A program made the translations under genes and the position numbers. The notes beneath the pieces were generated by a model. It was given only the letters and a program-made list of their open reading frames with translations, made no database searches and had not been told where the DNA came from. 40,204 nucleotides of DNA from a virus. Its lineage: Duplodnaviria; Caudoviricetes. The stretch covers positions 1 through 40,204 of IMG/VR virus record IMGVR_UViG_3300008255_000228, one strand, 5' to 3'. Positions 19,119 to 28,895 of this stretch are shown in pieces (position 1 is the first letter of the stretch; each line of letters opens with the position of its first letter).

Positions 19119-20090
19119 AACTTGTCTCCTTCCACTGTTTAAATTCTTCATAGTCATCTGTTTCTGTAATTGGAAAAACAGGTTCCTGATATTCGCCTAA
19201 CTTTAAAGTAACATTACATTTATTTGCTATATCTATGGTGTTATGAAAAGAAGATTCAGCCCCAATTTTCTTAGCTCTTCTTTCCATCTCTTCATGTCCT
19301 GCTACATAAAAGTGAGGACCATAAAGGAAATCAGAATTCTCTCTGTATTTTTGAATAGGAATGCTCATTTGCATTGCCATAATTAGCTCATGGAGTTCGT
19401 GGTCCTTGAGAGTAAGATAGTGGGCGTCGGCAGTAATAACTAAAGGAATAGACATTTTCTGTGCTGTTGTAATGACCCATGAATTATAGGTTGATTGAAA
19501 TTTATCAGCACTGTCCCATCCTTGAACTTCTAAATAGAAATCATCACCAAATATCTTGGTCATTCTTTCTATCATTTTAATCGCTTTGCCTTCATCATCA
19601 GTACAAGCGCGCGCTACTCCATTCTCATCCTTGTTGAAATTCAATTGCTTTGCAGTAATGCCACCAAGACATGCAGTTGTGGCCACAATATGACCAGAAA
19701 GATAATCAAGATTCTCAATAGAGATACGTGGCTTATAGTAAAAGTTGGTTAAGGAAGCATTGCTTACTGTTTCCATGAGACGCACATAGCCCTCATTATC
19801 CTTAGCTAGGAGCACCATATGCATATTGTCTCTAATCTTATCTTCGTTACTTAGTCCATCTGGACTCTCTGTTATGTAAGCTTCAACACCAAGAATAGGT
19901 TTTATTCCTGCCTTATTGCACTCTTCATAGAATTCAATAACCCCTGCCATCCATCCATGATCAGTAATTGCACAAGCCTGCATACCATCTGCTACTAAAT
20001 TCTTCACCAAATCCGGAATAAGAATAGCTCCATCTAGAAGGGAATACTGAGTATCCTTCAGTGAAGGTGGAGATGCGTAAAAGACTCCAC
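19075..20090 (-). CDS. dnaE: DnaE N-terminal PHP domain as a separate gene, interrupted by an 8-nt insertion at about 20053-20060
   Basis: AGGAGG-GTG-ESFTHLHLH* in one frame; TQYSLLDGA..ITDHG..KPILGVEAY..H.VLLAK..TADAHY..NT.DIANKC in another. Confidence 0.9.
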
Positions 20091-20149
20091 CTTCTTATTT
20101 CCTCCTAGACTTAAACTCCCATTGTTTGATGTGTTTTCCATATCTATTA

Positions 20150-20356
20150 TTAAGCTCCCTCTTCTATAACCATTTTCTTGCAATACAATTCTAGTTCTAG
20201 AAATGCATTACTAATAAGCTCATCTAGATGTTCAAGTTTTTCTACATGTTCTAGTATTTTAGGGTCTGTGATTTCATCATAAGATCTCATCGCCCCTAAT
20301 TCAGCTATCGGGCCGCTCTGTTTTAAAACTTCAAGAACTTCATTATATTGTGACAT
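20150..20356 (-). CDS. hypothetical protein
   Basis: AAGGA RBS; helical composition. Confidence 0.65.
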   Translation of the reverse strand: MSQYNEVLEVLKQSGPIAELGAMRSYDEITDPKILEHVEKLEHLDELISNAFLELELYCKKMVIEEGA

Positions 20357-20501
20357 CTTATTCCTTCGTCATCTCTTTCCATCTACGCAAGCTACTGTAG
20401 TTCAGCATATATCTTCTCTAAATAGAACAAGTCCTTTAATTGTTTCTCTATATGACTTAGAATTTTCTCATAATGTAGTTGCTCTTATATAGTCTACTAC
20501 T

Positions 20502-21092
20502 CTAATCGTCTATTTCTCCCACAATATGTCTAAGAATACCAACACTAGTAGCTATATCATGAATAGCTGAATGAGGTTGGTCATTAGATATACCAACTTC
20601 GATACACATGTCTTTAAGTCTTAAGGACTCTGGTAGTCTCTTGTTTTGCGTGATGTACCAAGAGGTATAAAAACTAGGAAGATCAAGAATGTGGTAATCA
20701 AATGGCCATTTCTTACCAACCTTGTCGTAAGCTTGGTGCAAAAAAGCATTGTCAAATTGAACATTAGTGCCAAAAAGAACTATGTCCTTTGGATCTACAT
20801 CAGAAAGATTTGTTTCAATAAACCTGTCTAGTTTTACAATTACTTTATTAAGGGTTGGCGCATCCTTTAAATCGTTTTCTTCGATTTCATGAATAGAGTA
20901 TGCGCTATAACCATTCTCTCCCTTACTATACATTCTGTCTAGAAAATCTGGTTTAACTAGAGATTCCATTGCGGCTATTCTCTTCAGATTCCTATCTAAA
21001 AGAATAACTCCTATCTGAACTATCTCATCCTTCGTTGGATCCAATCCCGTCGTCTCCAAGTCCAGAGCTAAGATCGCTTTCATCTGTGTCAT
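20502..21092 (-). CDS. DEDDh 3'-5' exonuclease (DnaQ/epsilon-like)
   Basis: DLETTG, NVQFD, HSAIHD motifs. Confidence 0.88.
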   Translation of the reverse strand: MTQMKAILALDLETTGLDPTKDEIVQIGVILLDRNLKRIAAMESLVKPDFLDRMYSKGENGYSAYSIHEIEENDLKDAPTLNKVIVKLDRFIETNLSDVDPKDIVLFGTNVQFDNAFLHQAYDKVGKKWPFDYHILDLPSFYTSWYITQNKRLPESLRLKDMCIEVGISNDQPHSAIHDIATSVGILRHIVGEIDD

Positions 21093-22590
21093 CGTCTTCT
21101 GGTCCTTTCTTAGTACTATATTGTGGTAACTCTAATATCTTCTTTTTTAACTCTTCTTTGAGAGCATTGTTCTGAGAAAGATATTCTATAAAATTAGGTT
21201 CTCCTTGAATCTTTTCATCTCCAAGAACGAACCAGGCTCCTGATTTCTCTACAAAACCATGAGCAGTACTCAAATCAACTATCTCCTGAATAGAATCAAT
21301 ACCCTTACCAAATTTGATATTGAACAGCACCTCTCTAAACGGCCATCCAACTTTATTTTTAACAACCTTGACTTTAGTTTGTACACCAACCTTGTCTTCT
21401 CCTTCTTTCAAGGTTCCGATCCTTCTGATATCTAGACGTTGGCTTGCATAAAACTTAAGGGCATTTCCGCCGCTGGTCGTTTCGGGACTGCCGAACATGA
21501 CACCAATCTTCATACGGATCTGATTAATAAAAATAACAAGGGTATTAGTTTTCTCTGTAATTGAAGTAATTTTTCTAAGTGCTTGACTCATTAAGCGAGC
21601 ATGAAGACCCACATGAGAATCTCCCATATCTCCCTCAAGTTCAGCTCTTGGAGTAAGGGCTGCCACTGAGTCAAGAACAATAACTGAGAAAGCTTTTGTT
21701 CTAATAAATGTATCTAGAACCTGAAGAGCTTCTTCAGCGCAATCTGGTTGAGAAATTATCAAACCATTTGTTTCTTCTGGTGCAATAACCCCTAAGGCTT
21801 TTGCGTAATTCATGTCAAGAGCATGTTCTACGTCGATAAAACCACATGTTAATCCGCGTTTTTGAGCTTCAGCAATAACGTGAAGAGCCATCGTTGTCTT
21901 CCCGGAATTGTGAACTATAAAACGTTCAGCTACATAGTTGTTGAAGGGAGATTCCATTCTAATGTCATAGGTATGTTTTTGACCTACGCTATAAATTTTT
22001 TCTACTCTAGTAGGTGTAGCGATAGTGTCGTTTTGGATCATTATTTGATCTCCTTCTTGGAGATCAGAAAGCGGAACATATCCTTCGCCAGTAAAAAACT
22101 TATGATCTGCCGATGCTTGGATAGTTTCACCAGTTGTTTCTAATTGGAAACAGTCTTTTACACCTGTATCCATCACCGCCATAATCTTATTGTGAATAAT
22201 ACAACCCCTACTATCAACAGAAAAAGCATAAAATTCAGAATCTATTGATGCGTAATTAAAATGGTAAAACAATTTTTCAATTGAAGTAAATTCATTAACG
22301 ATCCGTTTGCCATCTTTGCTTCTAATTTCATATTCAATGAAAGTATTTGCCGCCAAGCACGATTCTGGGCCATAAATTTCAACAATTCTACCCCTAGCGA
22401 AACCACCATTCATTGCCCAGTCTAACTTAATTGACTGAGATGAAATAAAATCGATATCAGGAAAATCAGCAGAACTTCTAATTACAGTGCCAACACCAAA
22501 CTGTTTAGTAAGACTATCAACAGCTAGTTGAATAGCTTTCTCGGCATCTGCCTTACCTGGATCAAAAGCCCCTGTCTTTTTCTTAGCCAT
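21025..22590 (-). CDS. recA: RecA recombinase with a mini-intein
   Basis: [11 protein letters not shown]|[47 protein letters not shown]. Confidence 0.96.
   Translation of the reverse strand: MAKKKTGAFDPGKADAEKAIQLAVDSLTKQFGVGTVIRSSADFPDIDFISSQSIKLDWAMNGGFARGRIVEIYGPESCLAANTFIEYEIRSKDGKRIVNEFTSIEKLFYHFNYASIDSEFYAFSVDSRGCIIHNKIMAVMDTGVKDCFQLETTGETIQASADHKFFTGEGYVPLSDLQEGDQIMIQNDTIATPTRVEKIYSVGQKHTYDIRMESPFNNYVAERFIVHNSGKTTMALHVIAEAQKRGLTCGFIDVEHALDMNYAKALGVIAPEETNGLIISQPDCAEEALQVLDTFIRTKAFSVIVLDSVAALTPRAELEGDMGDSHVGLHARLMSQALRKITSITEKTNTLVIFINQIRMKIGVMFGSPETTSGGNALKFYASQRLDIRRIGTLKEGEDKVGVQTKVKVVKNKVGWPFREVLFNIKFGKGIDSIQEIVDLSTAHGFVEKSGAWFVLGDEKIQGEPNFIEYLSQNNALKEELKKKILELPQYSTKKGPEDDDTDESDLSSGLGDDGIGSNEG
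21907..22359 (-). mobile_element. 151-aa mini-intein in the RecA Walker A motif
   Basis: Starts CLAANT, has SADHKF block B, ends TYDI..IVHN before +1 Ser; no endonuclease domain. Confidence 0.92.
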
Positions 22591-23108
22591 TACTTATGTC
22601 CTTTTCCCGGTTCTCTCCATTTAGAACAAACAACACCAGGTCGCACTTCTATTTCAGTTCCATTTATTCCATAAGAGGGAAGATCATTTAGTTCTTCTGG
22701 AAGAAGACCTCGCCGAATCATTTCCATCGTATGACTCAATCCCATGAGGTTCCAGATGGCCTGATGAAGATGGTCTTCGTCTTCCATTCCTTCAAGGAAT
22801 TGTTGAAAGTGTCTAAAGCCACTATCTACAAAACTAGACAAAGGAAGGCCGCGCTCCCAGTTTCGCTTTTGGTACTTAAGTGCACCTTTTCTATAGATTT
22901 CAGCTACTCTACGAAGTGGGTGCTGCGGAAGAAGATAATACGCGCCCTTTCCCTCAATGCCTTGAGCTGCTTCCCTTACGGCACCAGTAGGGAATGTGTG
23001 TCTTTCTCCTGAGTCCTTAAGTTCAAAAGATCCTACAGTATTTATCTTTTTTGTTTCTTTAGGTAAACGAATATCCTCTCCCTTGTCTTTAGAAGGATTA
23101 CTACTCAT
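22590..23108 (-). CDS. dATP/dGTP diphosphohydrolase-domain protein (DUF5664-like)
   Basis: TGAVRE, KGALKY..RNWERG, RH, EDHL..AIWN. Confidence 0.75.
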   Translation of the reverse strand: MSSNPSKDKGEDIRLPKETKKINTVGSFELKDSGERHTFPTGAVREAAQGIEGKGAYYLLPQHPLRRVAEIYRKGALKYQKRNWERGLPLSSFVDSGFRHFQQFLEGMEDEDHLHQAIWNLMGLSHTMEMIRRGLLPEELNDLPSYGINGTEIEVRPGVVCSKWREPGKGHK

Positions 23109-23117
23109 TAAACACTC

Positions 23118-23630
23118 CTATTTGTATTCTTTTTTTAGAAAACTAAAAAGCGCTTTTTCTGTTTTAAAAACTTTATCAAAACAGCCAAAGAACCATCCGT
23201 TTATATCCTGTGGCTCAATACCTGTAACCAGGTAACAAGGAACACCACTATACACAGCATGAGAAGCTTCTGAAACAGTTCCACCCATAGGATCTCCGTC
23301 CCATTTACAAATTATAAAATCAGACTGTTCAACAAAGCTGAGATCCTGTTCAATAATTTCTCTCATAATGCCAATATACTTAGTAGGATTAGTAGCTTTT
23401 AGGGCTTTGTATTCTTTCGAAGACATGCCCTTTAAAAGTTCTTCATAATTATTTGGAATAATTGACTGAATATTGAGAGCTTCTAGTTTCTCCTCGAAAC
23501 GAACTCTCCAGGTAAGACCTTCGTCTTCTACTGCTTCCATTGGTCCTATTAGATAAGTTAAGTAATCCTTCTCTCTCTTAACTTTCTTCGGCGGGCTCCA
23601 CGGCGGCCTCCATGAAAATTTGTTCTTCAT
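23118..23630 (-). CDS. nucleoside 2-deoxyribosyltransferase-like protein
   Basis: YLIGPME, DL..VEQSD, GGTVSE. Confidence 0.7.
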   Translation of the reverse strand: MKNKFSWRPPWSPPKKVKREKDYLTYLIGPMEAVEDEGLTWRVRFEEKLEALNIQSIIPNNYEELLKGMSSKEYKALKATNPTKYIGIMREIIEQDLSFVEQSDFIICKWDGDPMGGTVSEASHAVYSGVPCYLVTGIEPQDINGWFFGCFDKVFKTEKALFSFLKKEYK

Positions 23631-23910
23631 TTATTTTCCTAATCCTTTCATCTTTCTTCTTTACTAGGCGTATTCTAAACCACTTAATTTCTAGCCCTAG
23701 TATGTATAGTATCCATTCTAGATTTATGTCTTCACCACCAAAGTTAATGTAGTAGTGATCATCAAATAAAAAGTTACATGCTGTTTGATAGTCGAATTTA
23801 TCCTGCGTAGAATAAGCCTGAGATAGTGTTAGATAATCTCTAACAGCTTGCTCGACTATTTTAAGAAGTAAAATTCTAACTTCATCTGTAAAGGGTTTAC
23901 CATTATTCAT
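23578..23910 (-). CDS. hypothetical phage protein
   Basis: IVEQAVRDY..A..FLF pattern; GAGGG RBS. Confidence 0.65.
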   Translation of the reverse strand: MNNGKPFTDEVRILLLKIVEQAVRDYLTLSQAYSTQDKFDYQTACNFLFDDHYYINFGGEDINLEWILYILGLEIKWFRIRLVKKKDERIRKINEEQIFMEAAVEPAEES

Positions 23911-23948
23911 ACCCTCGATCTTATTACAGATTATTAGTGTTATGCAAC

Positions 23949-26900
23949 TTACTTTTTACTTACTTGTAATATTTCACACGCTCCACCATCACAAAAACGT
24001 TCAATTTGTTCATTTTCAGTTACAGTTAGATCAAGAGCAGTCAGATTAGCAACTGCTTCAAGATATGTTGCTTGATCTATTTCTTGATAAGGAGCATGTT
24101 TATATCCATGTTTATGCGGAAGAAACGAAACACCCTTAAGTCTTGTTTCATAGTGCTCTAGCGCATGTTTGATCTGACTTTCTTCTTCTGGATTAAACGA
24201 AACTGTAATGCTTACTTGATTGTCAGCCCAATAAGCTTGATACATCGCAGCGTTTTCTAACTGCTCCCACAAGGAAACATCCTTTTTCCCTCTCTCAAAA
24301 AACTCAGCTTGAATCGGAAAATAAACAGCAACAGTATTTGGTTCATCGGGTTCTAAGTTATAAGTCTTGTATCCAGCTTTTTGAAGTGGTTTTAAATAAT
24401 CTGAATCAGCAGCAAATCTGATAACGTTAAAATACCATCGTGAGTGGTCATAGTGTATACCTGGAGTAACGCCTGGAAGTTTCGCAACTGTCCCTGAAGG
24501 CTTAACACTTGTTAACTTAATTGACTCTGGCACACACAACCAGCCAGAATAAATCCTATCTAGCTCTCTAAGATACTTGTATCCATTATCGCACCATTGT
24601 CTAATCTCTCCCTTGCTATGTCTATTAAATGCCTGAATGATACCTGATTGAGAAATACCAATACGTCGATTTCTCATCATTACTGCATTGGTTCTCTCGT
24701 CGTGAGTTGGAAGAAGAGTTACAGTCTTTGCATACATATATGCAAATTTAAGTGTTCTTTTATAGTCTTCGAACGAATCAATTCTAGAAGGAAATGTTTC
24801 TACAAGAGTACACATTTCTCTATCTTCAAGACTTTGTTCCACACATTGGAAGGTAAATATTCCAGTATGTTCTTTTGTTTCTTCATTGATGTTTGTTACA
24901 ATTCCAACAGTGTGAAAATCATCTACTGTTAGGTTGAAAACATCTTCTGTTTTTTCCAGACACTCAACAGAAACAACACGGTGGTTAAAATTATTAGCAA
25001 GTTCTTTTAAATGAGAGAAACTCGTAAGAGTATATTGGTTTTTTGAAGTGGATTTTGGTCTAAGTCTAAATGGAACTTTAGAAACTCGACAACTTTCTTC
25101 CCATTCTTTTTTCGTTGGTTCTCTGTTATAGGTGTTTTTGAAATTGAGATAGATAGAAATTTGATCATCAAGTGTCTTTTTTTGTCGTGTCTTAAAAGAC
25201 TTGTTAAGCCCTTCTTTTCTCGTTTCTATTCCCGATGGTTTACTATTAGAGCAGGAGAGAGAACAAAAACAACGATCTCTTTTTCCCCATGGAACAATAA
25301 ATTCAACAGAACAAGTTTCGCAAACCTTTCTTACAAAAAGGCGTCCCTCGATCCATACTGTTTCAAGATCAGTTATTCTGTCTTGTTCTAGATAGTATTC
25401 TTTGTCCCATTGTTTTTTCTGATCAGCCATCCTGCCAGAAAGAGATATACGTTCTTCTTCTGTGTGACTAGCTTTTAGTTTTTCAATAAATTTTGAGTCG
25501 GATGTTCTTTCTAGAGTTGTGTCTCCAATTTTTCTTTTTGTTTCTTTTGAATGTTTTTTCCCGAACATTCCATTGTTTTCACCAAAACGATCACAACTTG
25601 AATGAAGAGAAGAATGGTCTCTAAATGTCATTATCTCTAAGTTATCAGGGGCATTATTAAGAGAATTGTAGTCTTTGTGATGAACAACAATACCCCCTTT
25701 AATCCATCCATTTTGCTTAGCCTCTTGATAGAGAGAACTCCATTCTTTCTTGTGAAAGAACTTAGATATTAGTCTGTGTTCAAATATCTTATCTTTTTGA
25801 GAATCTAAAGTATCGCAATAAACCCTAAAGTATTCATTGCTCTTCTTTGTTAACCTCTCTAGTTTCTTTGTAAATCTAGGTAGGCTATCATTTTGTTGTA
25901 AGTTTTTTGCTTCTACTTTTGTTCCGTTACGCAATCTCATTTTGTGATCAGGCGTTACACAGAAAAAACTACCGTCATCTAGTGTTACTTTTACAAGAGA
26001 AGCATCTTTCCGAGTAAGTCTTGGGTTTCTGCCCCACTTTATTTCAACCTTTCCGTTGTCTGGATTAAGAGAATAGACAGGAACATCTTTTCCTTCTTCC
26101 GCTAGTTGCCTAATAGAGACGGCATTTCTTCCGTCCGCTGTGGCAATAAGGGTGTCTCCCCTAAAACAAGGGTTTGCGCCTGCAACTTTTCTATCTTTCC
26201 AGTCAGGAGGATCTATCATGCGGGAATAGGCGCGGGCGTTCTCTAACCACTCATATCCCGGTTCACCATTCTTAGCTGTTTTACTAGCAGCATTTGTATA
26301 GTCCATCCCTACAGCAGCAAAAAGAGAATTGTTACTAGCCCACCTATGGCTATTTAATTCTTCTTGATATAATTCTGGATTCTTTAGATCTAGAAAGTCT
26401 GGATCATCTAACTGGCCGAAAAGAATTTCAGCTGAATTATGGACCACTAAACCATTACCAACAACAAACTCATGTGCGTTTTCTACCTCAAGATCATATG
26501 TTTCTATATTTCTACCCGGAAGATCGGTTTTCAATACTTCAACAGGAAATTGAGCTAATGTTTCATTAAAAACTAATTGAACTAATTGATCCTGAAGGGT
26601 CAATTCGTCCATTCTTTTAAAAGTAAATTCGTCTGGAGATAAAAATACTTTAACTTTATGGTTTGGAGTTGCCTCAAGCTCTCCTAGCTGTGTAAGAATT
26701 CGAGTTGTCTGTTGAACTCCCTGCTTAAATACTTGAGAAACCTGATCCCATCCATAAGAAGTTTGAACAAAGTCTCCCTTTTTAACAGAGCTAATTGGAA
26801 TCAAACCTTTTTTAGTATGAACAAGTGTATCTTCTGGTAAACATCGCCTCACGTTACCAGAAACAACACACCTTCCAATGAAATTGAAAATATCAACTAT

Positions 26901-27695
26901 AGCAGTAGAGGTTATTGTTTCTCCAATTAGAGGATCTAAGGTTTTTTTTACGTTCTCTATAAGTTCCAAGAGAGGGGCAGGGCCGGATGCAACACCGCCA
27001 AAACTTTTAATTAGAGCGCCAGCAGGTCGAACCAAACTAGCGTCTATCGAAGCAGGCATAGTGTCTATTCCAACATAGGCATCTAGTACCCTTCTTAATA
27101 TCCCTACCCATCCCTCTCTGGTATCCTCTATAACATGTATATCTAGAGATGTTCTAGGGGTTTTAATAGTAACTGTACCAGCACCTCTAGTGTCACTACC
27201 AACACCTACCCCTAGCATAGACATATCCATAAGAAAACAAAATGGGTCAGAGAAGGATGTTTTCAGTTCAGCGGTAGAAGTGAAGGCGCAATTGTTCAAA
27301 GGCGCGCTTCCTTTTGCTTCGACATGCTCGGTGCCCATCATCCAGAGTCCTCTTCCCGGAGGAAGAAACTTCATATCCCACATTTGTTGATACATTTCTT
27401 GAGCAGACTTTTGAGCTTTTCTAGAATTCCAAGGCAGTCTTAAAGACTTGCAATGAGCTTCTTGAATTCTATAAGTACCTTCAGTAACACGAACCAAGGT
27501 TAACCAGAACTCTTCACTGCCATCCAGGCCAGCCTCTTGTGCGAGTCTTTGGTAACGTTTATGAATACCAGAAATGCTTCTTGCATAAGTTCTTTTATAA
27601 ACTATATAACCTATAGGTCCCCAAGAAGGTTGAAGGCCCATAAATTGTTTAATAAATTTATCGTTTAACCTAAAGGTACTAGCACTTAAGTCCAT
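23949..27695 (-). CDS. nrdJ: class II (AdoCbl-dependent) ribonucleotide reductase with two inteins; about 671 aa after splicing
   Basis: YKRTYAR, PPGRGLW, NNCAF, VVSGNVRR|SAEI, GANP|CVEQ, TSVKPSGT, C-terminal FCDGGAC. Confidence 0.93.
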   Translation of the reverse strand: MDLSASTFRLNDKFIKQFMGLQPSWGPIGYIVYKRTYARSISGIHKRYQRLAQEAGLDGSEEFWLTLVRVTEGTYRIQEAHCKSLRLPWNSRKAQKSAQEMYQQMWDMKFLPPGRGLWMMGTEHVEAKGSAPLNNCAFTSTAELKTSFSDPFCFLMDMSMLGVGVGSDTRGAGTVTIKTPRTSLDIHVIEDTREGWVGILRRVLDAYVGIDTMPASIDASLVRPAGALIKSFGGVASGPAPLLELIENVKKTLDPLIGETITSTAIVDIFNFIGRCVVSGNVRRCLPEDTLVHTKKGLIPISSVKKGDFVQTSYGWDQVSQVFKQGVQQTTRILTQLGELEATPNHKVKVFLSPDEFTFKRMDELTLQDQLVQLVFNETLAQFPVEVLKTDLPGRNIETYDLEVENAHEFVVGNGLVVHNSAEILFGQLDDPDFLDLKNPELYQEELNSHRWASNNSLFAAVGMDYTNAASKTAKNGEPGYEWLENARAYSRMIDPPDWKDRKVAGANPCFRGDTLIATADGRNAVSIRQLAEEGKDVPVYSLNPDNGKVEIKWGRNPRLTRKDASLVKVTLDDGSFFCVTPDHKMRLRNGTKVEAKNLQQNDSLPRFTKKLERLTKKSNEYFRVYCDTLDSQKDKIFEHRLISKFFHKKEWSSLYQEAKQNGWIKGGIVVHHKDYNSLNNAPDNLEIMTFRDHSSLHSSCDRFGENNGMFGKKHSKETKRKIGDTTLERTSDSKFIEKLKASHTEEERISLSGRMADQKKQWDKEYYLEQDRITDLETVWIEGRLFVRKVCETCSVEFIVPWGKRDRCFCSLSCSNSKPSGIETRKEGLNKSFKTRQKKTLDDQISIYLNFKNTYNREPTKKEWEESCRVSKVPFRLRPKSTSKNQYTLTSFSHLKELANNFNHRVVSVECLEKTEDVFNLTVDDFHTVGIVTNINEETKEHTGIFTFQCVEQSLEDREMCTLVETFPSRIDSFEDYKRTLKFAYMYAKTVTLLPTHDERTNAVMMRNRRIGISQSGIIQAFNRHSKGEIRQWCDNGYKYLRELDRIYSGWLCVPESIKLTSVKPSGTVAKLPGVTPGIHYDHSRWYFNVIRFAADSDYLKPLQKAGYKTYNLEPDEPNTVAVYFPIQAEFFERGKKDVSLWEQLENAAMYQAYWADNQVSITVSFNPEEESQIKHALEHYETRLKGVSFLPHKHGYKHAPYQEIDQATYLEAVANLTALDLTVTENEQIERFCDGGACEILQVSKK
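24846..26168 (-). mobile_element. 441-aa intein with HNH homing endonuclease in the NrdJ active site
   Basis: CFRGDT..VTPDHK; HHKDYNSLNN..NL HNH; NUMOD3-like GKKHSKETKRKI; CETC..FCSLSC; ends DVFNLTV..TFQ before +1 Cys. Confidence 0.9.
26436..26843 (-). mobile_element. 136-aa mini-intein in NrdJ
   Basis: CLPEDT..ATPNHK..TYDLEV..VVHN before +1 Ser. Confidence 0.92.
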
Positions 27696-27712
27696 ACAAA
27701 ACGCCTCCGCTA

Positions 27713-28138
27713 CTATTTATTAAGCTTATTTCCCGCAAGCATAGCGGTGACCTGCTGCACAAACTTAATTGTTTGTTGTTGCATTTGGATAACTTGTTGT
27801 AACCCTTGAATAACAGCATTATCTATTGGTCTCATTCGCTGAGAATTTGCCATATATTCAATATGATCTTTGGCAACTTGTGCTAACCCAATAAGGCTAA
27901 CTAAATTACTATTAGCTCCTAATGGTTTAAAATAGAGATTGCCATCTGGTTGTGTTCCAACAACAAATCCAATATCGAGATCTGGAATTTCGATATCTTC
28001 TATGTTTTTTTCAACGTTTTCATCGGTGGTTGGTCCTTCAACATCTACCAATTCATCAGCATCAGCGCTTTCATATACGTGTTCTTCGATAACATTACCA
28101 TCTTGATCAAAAGATACTTTTCCTCTTCCTTGTCCCAT
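27713..28138 (-). CDS. hypothetical protein (acidic N-terminus, Gln-rich C-terminus)
   Basis: AAGGAG RBS. Confidence 0.7.
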   Translation of the reverse strand: MGQGRGKVSFDQDGNVIEEHVYESADADELVDVEGPTTDENVEKNIEDIEIPDLDIGFVVGTQPDGNLYFKPLGANSNLVSLIGLAQVAKDHIEYMANSQRMRPIDNAVIQGLQQVIQMQQQTIKFVQQVTAMLAGNKLNK

Positions 28139-28149
28139 TTTTTAACTCC

Positions 28150-28710
28150 TTAGTGTTCGTTTTTGTTTGAGTTCAATCTATCTAACATTCTCCCACTAGC
28201 CATTGCTTTTGCTTCAACTGACAAGTTGATTGTTGCATTTTCAATAAGCCTTCTAGTGTTGCCAAGGTCAGATAGTACTTCTTTCCAAAAAGCTAATTCA
28301 ATTTCTGCATGAGTAATCGAATCCTTAGTATTCTTAATAGATTCCTCTGCTAGGATAGATAAAGTATCCTTAGCGGGTAGTTTCTTTTGTGAAGATTTAA
28401 ACTCTTCTACAAGCGCAGTATAGCTTGCTCTGTACTGTTGATTGTTTGCGTTGTTTAAGGCAGCAAGACGTGCTTCAGCTTCTGCCTTTAAAAAGGAAGC
28501 CTGCTGATGAAGATCAGAGAGCTTAGAATCAAAAGCAGTACAGGTAGCAGGATTAAGATCAGGAGGAATGTTTACCCTAAAGTACTCTTTCCATTCTTCT
28601 ATCAGCTTTCCGCTAATTAAGTATTGTGTTTTAAATACTTTAGCAAACTCATCATGAACGGTCTTACCGTCTTTTAGTTTGTGAAGTAAACTTATGGCTT
28701 CGCTAGACAT
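28150..28710 (-). CDS. coiled-coil protein, possibly a UvsY-like recombination mediator
   Basis: Long helical-hairpin pattern; AGGAG RBS; function is inference. Confidence 0.45.
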   Translation of the reverse strand: MSSEAISLLHKLKDGKTVHDEFAKVFKTQYLISGKLIEEWKEYFRVNIPPDLNPATCTAFDSKLSDLHQQASFLKAEAEARLAALNNANNQQYRASYTALVEEFKSSQKKLPAKDTLSILAEESIKNTKDSITHAEIELAFWKEVLSDLGNTRRLIENATINLSVEAKAMASGRMLDRLNSNKNEH

Positions 28711-28718
28711 GAATTCTC

Positions 28719-28895
28719 CTAAGGTTGGTCTATATTACGTATTCTGTTGGCACGGTCAAGTTCAAACTTGTGTAGGTTGACAGCATATTTATAAGGATAC
28801 CAACTATGACAAATTGGACATTCTACCTGTCCATCTTCATCCACTTCTACACTAACTAATTCCTTGCATAAAATACAGATAAGATCCTTTTTCAT
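28719..28895 (-). CDS. small zinc-ribbon protein
   Basis: CILC..CPIC; start re-called at ATG 28895 after GGAGGAG. Confidence 0.65.
   Translation of the reverse strand: MKKDLICILCKELVSVEVDEDGQVECPICHSWYPYKYAVNLHKFELDRANRIRNIDQP

Noticed and set aside
20058-20060. Stop-codon reassignment explaining the TGA in the PHP gene
   Set aside because: Readthrough would not restore the frame because the insert is 8 nt, and TGA, TAG and TAA all end genes normally elsewhere.
20360-20500. Start-less frame (YEKILSHIEKQL) resembling the next gene (KILEHVEKL)
   Set aside because: The match is only about 8 aa with no start codon; not enough to call a pseudogene.
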